Assembly: GCA_013334545.1 (NCBI GenBank)
Contig: JAAXXJ010000007.1
Span: 3,319-27,318 of the forward strand
Source: Nitrospirota bacterium
Lineage (GTDB): Bacteria > Nitrospirota > UBA9217
Direction: 5' to 3'
DNA length: 24,000 bases
Part shown: piece by piece, positions 14,271-23,562 of the stretch
How the letters are laid out: each line of letters begins with the position of its first letter
How positions within the stretch are numbered: the first letter of the stretch is position 1
The notes under the pieces: model-generated
Seen by the model: the letters and a program-made list of their open reading frames with translations, nothing else
Told to the model about the DNA's origin: nothing
Databases searched by the model: none
Program-made: the position numbers and the translations under genes

Positions 14271-16166
14271 TTGGCAGCTACGTACACCGCAAAGGACATC
14301 ACCGTTCTCGAAGGGCTGGAGCCGGTCAGGAAGCGGCCGGCCATGTACATCGGCTCGACGGACTCGCGGGGGCTCCACCATCTCGTGTGGGAGGTGCTGG
14401 ACAACGCCGTTGACGAGGCATTGAACGGCTACTGCACCGCCATCACGTTGCGGATCGAAAAGGACGGGGGCGTGACCGTCACCGACAACGGCCGCGGCAT
14501 CCCCGTGGACATCCACGCGAAGACGAAGCGGCCGGCCATCGAGACCATCCTCTGCACGCTCCATGCGGGAGGCAAGTTCGACCACACAGCCTACCGGTCA
14601 TCGGGCGGCCTGCACGGCGTGGGCGCCTCGGTCGTGAACGCCCTCGCTGACGTATTCACCGCCAGGGTGTGGCGCGACGGATATGAATGGAACCAGGAGT
14701 TCTCCCGCGGCAAGCCGAAGGGGAGCCTGAAAAAAGGCAAGCCCACCAAAGCCCACGGCACGGAGATCTATTTCAAGCCGGACCCCGACATCTTTTCCAA
14801 GACCACCTTCAACGCCAAGACCATCCTTGACGTCGCCGAGAGCAAGGCCTTTCTGAACAAGGGCCTCAAGATCACCGTCGAGAACGCGCGCGACAACGAA
14901 AAGCCGGTCACCTTCAAGTATGACAACGGGATCCAGGACTATATCAAGCGGATCGTTGCGGGCACGACCGTGGTGAACGCCGAGCCGTTCTATCTCGAGA
15001 AAGTGGACGACTTCAAGATCGAGTGCGCCGTCCACTGGACCCTGGCGACGGACATGGAGATCCATTCCTACGCCAACTCCATCAACACCACCGACGGCGG
15101 CACCCACGAGCTGGCGGTGCGGTCCGGCCTCACCAAGGCGGTGCGCGCCTACGCGGAGCGCAAGAACCTGATTCCCAAGAACATCAAGACCCTGGCGCCC
15201 GAGGACGTGTACGAAGGCCTCTACGGCATCGTGAGCGTGCTGGTCAAGAACCCGCAGTTCCAGGGCCAGACCAAGGAGAAGCTGAACAACCCCGAGATAT
15301 CCACACCCATCGAGAACTCGGTCAAGAACGCCTGCGAGGCCTACCTGCTTGCGAACCCGACCATGGCCGACGCTGTGGTGAAGCGCGTGCTGCTGGCAGC
15401 CGAGGCGCGGATGGCGTCGCGCGCGGCCAAGGACAGCGTCACCCGGAAGCTGTCGTCGCTCAAGCTGAACCTGCCGGGCAAGCTCGCGGACTGCTCGTCC
15501 AGCAAGGTCGAGGAGTCTGAGCTCTTCATCGTGGAAGGGGACTCGGCAGGCGGGTCGGCCAAGATGGCCCGGGACCGGAAGACCCAGGCCGTGCTGTCGC
15601 TCCGCGGAAAGATCCTGAATGTGGAGCAGGTCGCATCGCTCGAGCGCATCCAGTCGAACAACGAGATCAAGAACCTCCTGGCCACGCTAGGTTGCGGCGT
15701 GGGCAGCCACTTCGACCTCGCCAAGCTCCGGTACAACCGCGTCATCCTCATGACCGACGCGGACGTGGACGGTGCGCACATCAGCGTCCTCCTCCTGACC
15801 TTCATCTACCGGTATATGCCCGAGCTGATCAACAAGGGCCATGTGTTCCTCGCCATGCCGCCGCTGTACCGCATCGAGGCGGGCAAGGAAGTGTTCTACG
15901 CCATGGACGAGATGGAGAAGGACAAGATCCTGGCGAAGATGAACGGCAAGAAGTTCGAAGTGGGCCGCTTTAAGGGACTGGGCGAGATGAACCCGGAGAC
16001 GCTCAAGGAGACCACCATGAACCCCAGGACCCGCTCGCTCATGAAGGTCCAGGTCCTCGATCACAAGGCTACGGGCGACACCTTCGAGCGGCTCATGGGC
16101 AAGGACCCTAAGGCGCGGTTCGCATTCATCCAGGAGCGGGCGGAATACGCGGAGCTGGATATTTAG
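14271..16166 (+). CDS. gyrB: type IIA DNA topoisomerase ATPase subunit B (DNA gyrase B; ParE not excluded)
   Basis: Matches seen: LEGLEPVRKRPAMYIGST, GLHHLVWEVLDNAVDEA (GHKL N-box), DNGRGIPV, GGLHGVGASVVNALA, the Toprim block ELFIVEGDSAGGSAK, ILMTDADVDGAHI and the C-terminus ...AELDI. The short ~630-aa form lacks the proteobacterial insert. I prefer the TTG at 14271, 6 nt after AGGAGG; the track start at 14253 is also TTG. No A subunit is adjacent. Confidence 0.85.
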   Translation: MAATYTAKDITVLEGLEPVRKRPAMYIGSTDSRGLHHLVWEVLDNAVDEALNGYCTAITLRIEKDGGVTVTDNGRGIPVDIHAKTKRPAIETILCTLHAGGKFDHTAYRSSGGLHGVGASVVNALADVFTARVWRDGYEWNQEFSRGKPKGSLKKGKPTKAHGTEIYFKPDPDIFSKTTFNAKTILDVAESKAFLNKGLKITVENARDNEKPVTFKYDNGIQDYIKRIVAGTTVVNAEPFYLEKVDDFKIECAVHWTLATDMEIHSYANSINTTDGGTHELAVRSGLTKAVRAYAERKNLIPKNIKTLAPEDVYEGLYGIVSVLVKNPQFQGQTKEKLNNPEISTPIENSVKNACEAYLLANPTMADAVVKRVLLAAEARMASRAAKDSVTRKLSSLKLNLPGKLADCSSSKVEESELFIVEGDSAGGSAKMARDRKTQAVLSLRGKILNVEQVASLERIQSNNEIKNLLATLGCGVGSHFDLAKLRYNRVILMTDADVDGAHISVLLLTFIYRYMPELINKGHVFLAMPPLYRIEAGKEVFYAMDEMEKDKILAKMNGKKFEVGRFKGLGEMNPETLKETTMNPRTRSLMKVQVLDHKATGDTFERLMGKDPKARFAFIQERAEYAELDI

Positions 16167-16213
16167 TCGTTGGTGCAGGAAGTGACTCGACGGTGAGAAC
16201 GGAAGAAACAGCG

Positions 16214-16245
16214 GAGGCAGGCCAAAGGGCCTGCCTCTTTTTATT
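16214..16245 (+). terminator. Rho-independent terminator after gyrB
   Basis: GAGGCAGGCC-aaag-GGCCTGCCTC (10-bp perfect stem, 16214-16237) followed by TTTTTATT (16238-16245). Confidence 0.85.
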
Positions 16246-16363
16246 CGGCTACTTCAAGGTTTGCGTGAGATGAAAGGAGAATGAGGACCAATGAGCAGGA
16301 GGGGGCGATTCGCTCCCGGTAAGAGTAGAGAATCTTAATTTTCAAGTCGGATTCAGAGTCGCC

Positions 16364-16570
16364 TTAAATGAAGACCTCGATCTGGCGAATTGTCACGGTT
16401 AACGGTATGCCCTTTTCCGCCCGTACTTCGAAGCACTCTTTTATCGCTTCCTGGATGTTCTTCTCCGCCTCCTGCTCGGTCGCCCCCTGGCTTACACAGC
16501 CGGGAATGGCAGGACATTCGGCAATATACACCCCGTCCTCATCCTGAGATATTGTTATGGTGAACATCAT
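16364..16570 (-). CDS. HicB-like antitoxin-fold protein (UPF0150), no DNA-binding domain
   Basis: 68 aa. FTITISQDEDGVYIAECPAIPGCVSQGATEQEAEKNIQEAIKECFE is the classic HicB N-terminal / UPF0150 signature (...PGC.sqG.T.eEA..n..eAi...). Confidence 0.8.
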   Translation of the reverse strand: MMFTITISQDEDGVYIAECPAIPGCVSQGATEQEAEKNIQEAIKECFEVRAEKGIPLTVTIRQIEVFI

Positions 16571-16584
16571 GCGACGGCATCTCT

Positions 16585-16794
16585 TTAAGCGGGAATCAGG
16601 TCAGCAATCAACGGTTTTTCCTTAGACAAGCGGCTAACGCCCATTACAGTAAAACCCAAAACATTTCCCTGTTCGTCCACACGCTCCATCACTGCTTCGT
16701 TATTTGTTTCCTTCATATAGCCGGCCTTATCGGAGAACTGGACCTCCAAGAAATCCCCCTCTGGATCAAACCAAACTTTTATTTGCTGGGCCAT
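16585..16794 (-). CDS. DUF2283 family small protein
   Basis: 69 aa. IKVWFDPEGDFLEVQFSDK...VDEQGNVLGFTVMGVS matches the DUF2283 pattern (YD.e.D.l.i......vd.d..G.ivGiei). ATG follows AGGGGGGT. It overlaps the upstream gene by 16 nt. Confidence 0.75.
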   Translation of the reverse strand: MAQQIKVWFDPEGDFLEVQFSDKAGYMKETNNEAVMERVDEQGNVLGFTVMGVSRLSKEKPLIADLIPA

Positions 16795-17090
16795 AGCTGT
16801 ACCCCCCTTTTCGGCTTATCAGTCAGATACGCGGTAAGCACAAATGCATCCTCTATTCCATACTTTACCACAGCGCATAACCACTTGTCACCAACCAAGG
16901 TACCATAATAGTAGCGATAGTTCAGGTTCGCCGACGTATCGGCTCCGGATCGTATGACCAGTTGAGGTTTGAGTAGTGTTTCCTCAAGTGCAGCTTCCAT
17001 ATCGACCATTTCAGGGTGCTCCTTGATGTGTGCTAATCGTTCATCGGTTAATCGGACAGGCTTGCCTTGATAATCCCTGAGCACCTTCAT
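16779..17090 (-). CDS. small conserved hypothetical protein, candidate toxin partner of DUF2283 (function unproven)
   Basis: 103 aa. It contains LTDERLAHIKEHPEM...LLKPQLVI...KWLCAVVKY...AFVLTAYLTDKPKRG. This His-rich 'H-I-x-x-HPE' N-terminal motif with a 'TAY' C-terminal strand recurs in small proteins found next to DUF2283 genes. Its ATG overlaps the RM gene stop (ATGA). Confidence 0.55.
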   Translation of the reverse strand: MKVLRDYQGKPVRLTDERLAHIKEHPEMVDMEAALEETLLKPQLVIRSGADTSANLNYRYYYGTLVGDKWLCAVVKYGIEDAFVLTAYLTDKPKRGVQLWPSK

Positions 17091-19960
17091 TGATGAGACG
17101 CCTCCACGATCTTGATCTCCTCCTCCGTCAACCCGTACAACTCATACACCAACTGATCGATCTGCCGATCGGTGGCGTCGATCTGGCGCTGGAGGACAGT
17201 TGTTTCGTGGTCGGTCTTGGCTGTAGGCAGTTGCTTGTTGAGCGAAAGCATCTGGTCGACAAGAGAAACCAGTTTTTCTTTTGCTTGGTTACCTGATGTC
17301 ATGACGGATATTTGAGACAATTGATTTGACGCTATATGGTTGTTTCCCGAGAAATGATTCCGAAAGAAAAAATTTATCAGTGTACTGTTCAATATACCCA
17401 ACAAGTATTTTAAAGGCCAGTCACTCTTTGCTTCCGGTTTTAGATTAACGACGTTGGTCGATTGTAAGCAGAAATATTGTCTGTTGTCATAGGTAGCGAT
17501 AATTCTACGCGACAATGTTATGTTTCTTATCTCCTGAACGACCAGTTTCTCGTCCGATTCGAATATTTCTCGCTTACGAGGAGCGTCCAATACTGAAGGC
17601 TCATAATATACATACATTCCTTCTTTAACGGGTTCATACCTTCCAATCTCGCTACCGCCTGCTGCTCGCATCCACAGACCCGATTGTTTCTTCATAGAGA
17701 TATATTTATCATTGTCCCCTGTACGAAGACCTTGGTTGATCGTACAAAGGTCGCCCAGATGTGTTTTAGCTTTTGCAAGCTTGCTAAGAACACCCAGTTC
17801 GCTCGGAGATATCTTAACTTGCCATGCCGCGCGGTGATTATTTGCCCAGACACTTTGGTCAATCTTATATTCACGATTTGGAGAGGGAAAAGTTTGCGAC
17901 GTCGTCAGAATTACTTCACACGATCTACACTCGGAATGTGTCGATCTCCTTTTCTCAACGACAAAAACCATAGTCTCGTTTTTCGCATTTACAAATACTC
18001 CCGGTCCAATATCAATGACCTTAATCAGACATGACGCGTCAAGAAGATATCGCCTAAGCTTTTCAAATGAGTCATTGCTCAGCAATGTATGAGGAATAAT
18101 AAAGGAATGCAAACCAAGAGGCCGCAAGAGTTTTTTCACTGACAGCTCTATGAAGAGCCCATAAACATCAAATCGATATTCGCACGTGTGGTATGTTTTG
18201 CTGAAATACTTTTTTTCAACTTCGTCAAGCTCGGTAATGAATAAGTATGGAGGATTTCCTATTATGGCATCAAAACCTCCAGATTTTATTATTTCAGAAA
18301 AGCCATCCTCCCAGTCGAACATATTGATCTGAAATTTATCTGCGCTATCAAGCATGTTTTGTTGAGCTTGAAAGTCATACCCGATAAGTGAATTGCCGCA
18401 CTTTATATTGTCACCGAGGTCGGGAAGGGCGCGTTCGTGAACGAAGGTGCTTTGAAGGGTCTGATTGTTCTCGCCTTCGAGGACTTTGAGCAGGAGCGAT
18501 AGCTTCGTTACTTCCACGGCCTGGGAGTCGATGTCAACACCGTAGATGTTATTCAGCAGGATACGCTTTCGTTCTGTGGTCGTCAGCCGATAGTCTCCGC
18601 CCTGAGCCTGGTAGAGTGTAGGGTTCTTGCTGGTCGCCCACTTCTTCGGATCGTCCTTCATATACCATTCCTGATGCCAGTCGAGAAGATATTGATACGC
18701 GCCGATCAGGAACGAGCCGGACCCGCAGGCAGGGTCGAGGATTCTCAATTTCTCGACATCCTTCGGTTTTTTATCCGCCACCAACTTACCAACAGTATTT
18801 CTTACTATGTAATCGACAATGTACTTCGGCGTGTAATAGACCCCGCCGGCTTTCCTGACCTCTGGCTTCTCCTCCACCTTCGCCCGATGCCCGGCGGTGA
18901 GGCTAATGACCTTGCCCAGGAACTGCTCGTACACCTGGCCCAGAATGTCTGCGGAGAGGACGGAGAATTCGTAGGGGCTTTCAGGATAGTAAAGCCGCTT
19001 AATGATGTCCTTGAGCGGCTTGTCGTCGATCTCGATCTTTGTGGTGAGGGTGTCGGGTTCTTCATGGCGGTCTTTCTCTTTCTGGAAATGGAAGAGGCCG
19101 GAGTTGTACCGGTCGTCCGCCTGGGAGAAAAGCTGGACGAGCCGCTTATAGGCATTGGTCCCGTTCTGGAGGGCCTGGAGCCTGCCGTATTCCTCGATGC
19201 CCCGGTCCTCGCAGATGCGCAGGAAAACGATGCGGTCGATCGTCCGCTGGACGGAGAAGTTCAGCTCCCGCTGGGTAAGGTCCGGATTCCGGAGGGCGAT
19301 ATTCCGGGCAAGGAGCTCGCGCCAGTCCTCGATCTCGGTGAGAAAAGCATCGTCGACCGTTGCCGTTCCTTTCTTGAGACGGGTTGTCTCGGCGTACTTG
19401 TCGAAGGAACCCCTGAGAACGGCGTCCCTGGAGAAGATGGAGACGATCTCGCCCCATTTCTCTGCATAGTCTTGGTAAGTGAAGTAGTTGATGCGGGCGG
19501 TGGATGCTTTGTCGTTCCGGTCGGGCTTGATGCGGGTGTCGTAGACCGCGAATTCCTCGAAGTCGCAGAGGATGCTGAGCGGGAGTTTGGCTGACCATGC
19601 ATATCTGCGGAGCTGGAAGGCAGCTGGGATGTCCTCTTTTATGAAAACCGACGGCTTCTTTGCTTCAAGGAAGAACTTGCGGGTCCCGCCTATGCGGAAG
19701 CAGTAATCAGGCGCCTTGGTCTCCTGCCCGATCTTGATGGCATCCTCGTGGACCACATCCTTGTACGCCTCGGCATTGCCCGCCCTGTTGGCCATGTCCC
19801 AGCCGAGGGCTTCGAACAAGGGATTCAGAAATTGCTGCCTGAGCTGTGCTTCGTTGTACTGGCCCGATTTGTAAGCGTCACGGTTCCGCTCGTAGTGTTC
19901 GACTAGCGTGAGGACTTCAGGAGGGCAGGGGATGCCGGGCTTGGCCGCTGGTTTGTTCAT
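17087..19960 (-). CDS. type IIG restriction-modification fusion enzyme (N-terminal PD-(D/E)xK nuclease, gamma-class N6-adenine methyltransferase, TaqI-like target recognition domain)
   Basis: Nuclease motif APDYCFRIGGTRKFFLEAKKP (D...E-x-K), preceded by QLRQQFLNPLFEALGWD. SAM motif I is ILDPACGSGSFLIGAY and catalytic motif IV is AIIGNPPYL. The C-terminal TRD-like segment is DLCTINQGLRTGDNDKYI...GSEIGRYEP. The ATG at 19960 gives 957 aa; the track start at 19996 is a TTG. Confidence 0.85.
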   Translation of the reverse strand: MNKPAAKPGIPCPPEVLTLVEHYERNRDAYKSGQYNEAQLRQQFLNPLFEALGWDMANRAGNAEAYKDVVHEDAIKIGQETKAPDYCFRIGGTRKFFLEAKKPSVFIKEDIPAAFQLRRYAWSAKLPLSILCDFEEFAVYDTRIKPDRNDKASTARINYFTYQDYAEKWGEIVSIFSRDAVLRGSFDKYAETTRLKKGTATVDDAFLTEIEDWRELLARNIALRNPDLTQRELNFSVQRTIDRIVFLRICEDRGIEEYGRLQALQNGTNAYKRLVQLFSQADDRYNSGLFHFQKEKDRHEEPDTLTTKIEIDDKPLKDIIKRLYYPESPYEFSVLSADILGQVYEQFLGKVISLTAGHRAKVEEKPEVRKAGGVYYTPKYIVDYIVRNTVGKLVADKKPKDVEKLRILDPACGSGSFLIGAYQYLLDWHQEWYMKDDPKKWATSKNPTLYQAQGGDYRLTTTERKRILLNNIYGVDIDSQAVEVTKLSLLLKVLEGENNQTLQSTFVHERALPDLGDNIKCGNSLIGYDFQAQQNMLDSADKFQINMFDWEDGFSEIIKSGGFDAIIGNPPYLFITELDEVEKKYFSKTYHTCEYRFDVYGLFIELSVKKLLRPLGLHSFIIPHTLLSNDSFEKLRRYLLDASCLIKVIDIGPGVFVNAKNETMVFVVEKRRSTHSECRSCEVILTTSQTFPSPNREYKIDQSVWANNHRAAWQVKISPSELGVLSKLAKAKTHLGDLCTINQGLRTGDNDKYISMKKQSGLWMRAAGGSEIGRYEPVKEGMYVYYEPSVLDAPRKREIFESDEKLVVQEIRNITLSRRIIATYDNRQYFCLQSTNVVNLKPEAKSDWPLKYLLGILNSTLINFFFRNHFSGNNHIASNQLSQISVMTSGNQAKEKLVSLVDQMLSLNKQLPTAKTDHETTVLQRQIDATDRQIDQLVYELYGLTEEEIKIVEASHQ

Positions 19961-20051
19961 GCAGAAAAGACTATTACAATTGATGAAAAATGGCAAGCGA
20001 TGAATCCGATGTGGTTCGCTGTTAGGTGCGTTTCCCGGCCGGTTTTTCTGA

Positions 20052-20080
20052 TTGCAGTCCTATCGCCTATTTGGTATAGT
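20052..20080 (+). promoter_or_regulatory. probable sigma70 promoter of the trp operon
   Basis: TTGCAG (20052-20057), a 17-nt spacer, then TATAGT (20075-20080). It lies about 28 nt upstream of the trpE ATG at 20109, leaving too short a leader for a leader peptide or T-box. Confidence 0.55.
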
Positions 20081-20108
20081 AAAAACTCTTTTATTAGCAA
20101 GGGGTTTT

Positions 20109-21593
<1,485 letters not shown>

Positions 21594-21607
21594 ACGTCTG
21601 AATTGAA

Positions 21608-21686
21608 CCGCCAAGGCGCGAAGGACGCAAAGGACGTCAAGAGTGTTTATTGGTGTGCCGTCCTCGCGCTCTTCGCGCCTTCGCGG
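21608..21686. repeat. long imperfect inverted repeat (hairpin) in the trpE-trpG spacer
   Basis: Left arm CCGCCAAGGCGCGAAGGACGCAAAGGACG (21608-21636). Right arm CGTCCTCGCGCTCTTCGCGCCTTCGCGG (21659-21686). About 23 of 29 positions pair by hand alignment, with a 22-nt loop. Confidence 0.8.
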
Positions 21687-21706
21687 TGAGAAACTGAGGT
21701 TTGCTT

Positions 21707-22270
21707 ATGCTTCTGATGCTCGACAATTACGATTCCTTCACCTACAACCTGGTCCAGTACCTGGGCGAACTGGGGCAGGACCTGAAAGTGTACCGGAACG
21801 ACAAGATCACCATCGCAGAGATCGAGGCGCTCAAACCGGAGCGCATCGTGATCTCGCCGGGGCCCTGTACGCCGAAGGAAGCAGGCATCTCCATCGACGT
21901 GATCAAGCACTTCTCGGGCAAGGTCCCCATCCTCGGCGTCTGCCTGGGCCATCAATCCATGGGCGAGGCCTTCGGCGGCGACGTCATCCGCGCGCCCTAC
22001 CTGATGCACGGCAAGACCTCGCTGATCCATCACGACGGCAGGACCATCTTTGCGGGCCTTCCGAACCCCTTTGAGGCCACGCGGTACCATTCGCTCATCA
22101 TCAGGAAAGAGACGCTGCCCCCGGTGCTCGAGATATCGGCCTGGACCGATGACGGCATCATCATGGGGGTGCGGCACAAGAAGTTCAAGGTGGAGGGTGT
22201 TCAGTTCCATCCCGAGTCGATCCTGACGGGCGCGGGGAAGGACCTACTCAGAAACTTCTTGAAGTTATAG
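21707..22270 (+). CDS. trpG: anthranilate synthase component II (glutamine amidotransferase, TrpG/PabA type)
   Basis: Matches seen: [23 protein letters not shown], the catalytic GVCLGHQ, and YHSL...[11 protein letters not shown] at 21707 lies 7 nt after GAGG. Confidence 0.93.
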   Translation: MLLMLDNYDSFTYNLVQYLGELGQDLKVYRNDKITIAEIEALKPERIVISPGPCTPKEAGISIDVIKHFSGKVPILGVCLGHQSMGEAFGGDVIRAPYLMHGKTSLIHHDGRTIFAGLPNPFEATRYHSLIIRKETLPPVLEISAWTDDGIIMGVRHKKFKVEGVQFHPESILTGAGKDLLRNFLKL

Positions 22271-22286
22271 AAACAAGAATAGTTTT

Positions 22287-22437
22287 ACCACGGAGGCACA
22301 GAGGGCACGGAGGACGGCAACAGCAGCAATTTTAATCCTGAAGATGCGAAGAGGCTTTGATTATACTATTCTTTATGACTCCACCGACGTAGTGCATCGT
22401 CCTTTGATTTCTCCGTGTCTCCGTGCCTCTGTGGTGG
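22287..22437. repeat. long imperfect inverted repeat in the trpG-trpD spacer
   Basis: Left arm ACCACGGAGGCACAGAGGGCACGGAG (22287-22312). Right arm CTCCGTGTCTCCGTGCCTCTGTGGTGG (22411-22437). About 22 of 27 positions are complementary, with ~98 nt between the arms. Confidence 0.75.
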
Positions 22438-22465
22438 ATTCTTTTCTTACTATCATGGTGAGTCT

Positions 22466-23479
22466 ATGATCAAAGAGGCCATTGCAAAGGTCGTTACCGG
22501 CGCGAGCCTCACCGAAGCAGAGGCCGAGGGCGTGATGCGCGAGATCATGCAGGGCGAAGCAACGGATGCCCAGATCGCCGCGTACATCACGGCACTCCGC
22601 ATGAAAGGCGAGACCGTAGAGGAGATCACGGGTTCGGCGCGGGTGATGCGCGAGAAGGCCGTTCACATCAAGCTCGACGCGCCCTTCCAGGTGGACACCT
22701 GCGGCACCGGCGGCGATCTGTCGCATACGTTCAATATCTCGACCACGGTCGCCTTCGTGGTTGCCGGGGCAGGCGTGGCGGTCGCCAAGCACGGCAACCG
22801 GTCCGTGTCGAGCAAGAGCGGGAGCGCCGACGTGCTTCAGGCCCTGGGCATCAACATCGAGATGCCTGCCCAGCGCATCGAAGAATGCCTGAACGAGGTC
22901 GGCATTGCGTTCCTCTTCGCACCCATGATGCACCAGGCCATGAAATACGCCATCGGGCCGCGCCGCGAGATCGGCATCAGGACCATCTTCAACCTCCTGG
23001 GGCCGCTCACGAACCCTGCCGGGGTGAAGGCCCAGATCATGGGCGTTTACTCCGCCAACCTCACCGGGCTGCTTGCAAAGGCATTGGGCAACCTGGGCCT
23101 CACGCGCGCCTATGTGGTGCACGGCATGGACGGTCTGGACGAGATCACTGTCGCCGACCGGACCAAGGTCTCCGAGTACAAGGACGGGACCGTGACCGAC
23201 TATTTCATCCATCCATCGGACTTCGATCTGCCCATGGGCAAGCCGGAGGACCTGAAGGGCGGCGATGCCAGGGACAACGCCGCCATAACGCTCCAGGTCC
23301 TGAAAGGACAGCTGGGCCCCCGCCGTGACATTGTGCTCGTGAACGCTGCCGCCGGGCTCACGGCAGCAGGCAAAGCGAAGGATTTCCGCGACGGCATCCT
23401 GCTCGCCGGCGAGGCCATCGATTCAGGCGCGGCGCTGCAGAAGCTGGAAGAACTGAAGAAGTTCACGAACAGACCTTAA
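22466..23479 (+). CDS. trpD: anthranilate phosphoribosyltransferase
   Basis: Matches seen: ATDAQIAAYITALRMKGET, DTCGTGGD, FNISTTVAFVVAGAGVAVAKHGNRSVSSKSGSADVL, GPLTNPA and VVHGMDGLDE. ATG at 22466 follows GGTGAG (337 aa). The track start at 22415 lies inside the inverted repeat. Confidence 0.95.
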   Translation: MIKEAIAKVVTGASLTEAEAEGVMREIMQGEATDAQIAAYITALRMKGETVEEITGSARVMREKAVHIKLDAPFQVDTCGTGGDLSHTFNISTTVAFVVAGAGVAVAKHGNRSVSSKSGSADVLQALGINIEMPAQRIEECLNEVGIAFLFAPMMHQAMKYAIGPRREIGIRTIFNLLGPLTNPAGVKAQIMGVYSANLTGLLAKALGNLGLTRAYVVHGMDGLDEITVADRTKVSEYKDGTVTDYFIHPSDFDLPMGKPEDLKGGDARDNAAITLQVLKGQLGPRRDIVLVNAAAGLTAAGKAKDFRDGILLAGEAIDSGAALQKLEELKKFTNRP

Positions 23480-23487
23480 CGTAAGGT

Positions 23488-23556
23488 TCAAGGGGCAAGG
23501 GTCAAGGGGCAAGGAAGTCGAAACATCCCGGACCCCGGACCCCGGACCCCGGACCC
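23488..23556 (+). repeat. G-rich 14-mer tandem (two copies) followed by a (CCCGGAC) heptamer tandem (about 4.3 copies) in the trpD-trpC spacer
   Basis: 23488-23515 reads TCAAGGGGCAAGGG TCAAGGGGCAAGG. 23527-23556 reads CCCGGAC four times plus CC, followed by TTTTT (23557-23561) and the trpC ATG at 23563. Confidence 0.85.
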
Positions 23557-23562
23557 TTTTTC

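Noticed and set aside
14253-16166. Considered calling this topoisomerase subunit ParE, or a defence-associated gyrase-like protein, because no A subunit is adjacent and it borders the defence islet
   Set aside because: It has its own strong promoter and terminator, host-like composition and a full canonical GyrB/ParE motif set. Its C-terminus (...RFAFIQERAEYAELDI) looks more GyrB-like. Unlinked gyrB and gyrA genes are common.
16167-17090. Searched for a HicA/YcfA-type toxin ORF to partner the HicB-like gene
   Set aside because: No ORF in any frame around 16167-16363 or between the small genes shows the HicA dsRBD-like pattern. The only candidates are the 103-aa and DUF2283 genes already listed.
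19997-20108. Looked for a trp leader peptide, T-box or TRAP-binding (G/U)AG repeats upstream of trpE, including the 63-aa ORF at 20000-20191
   Set aside because: The predicted promoter leaves only about 25-30 nt of leader. I saw no tandem Trp codons, no terminator/antiterminator pair and no triplet-repeat array. The 63-aa ORF overlaps the promoter and the trpE start.
23488-23556. Possible CRISPR array suggested by the tandem repeats
   Set aside because: The units are 7 and 14 nt with no spacers, and no cas genes are present. This is a microsatellite-type tandem repeat, not a CRISPR array.
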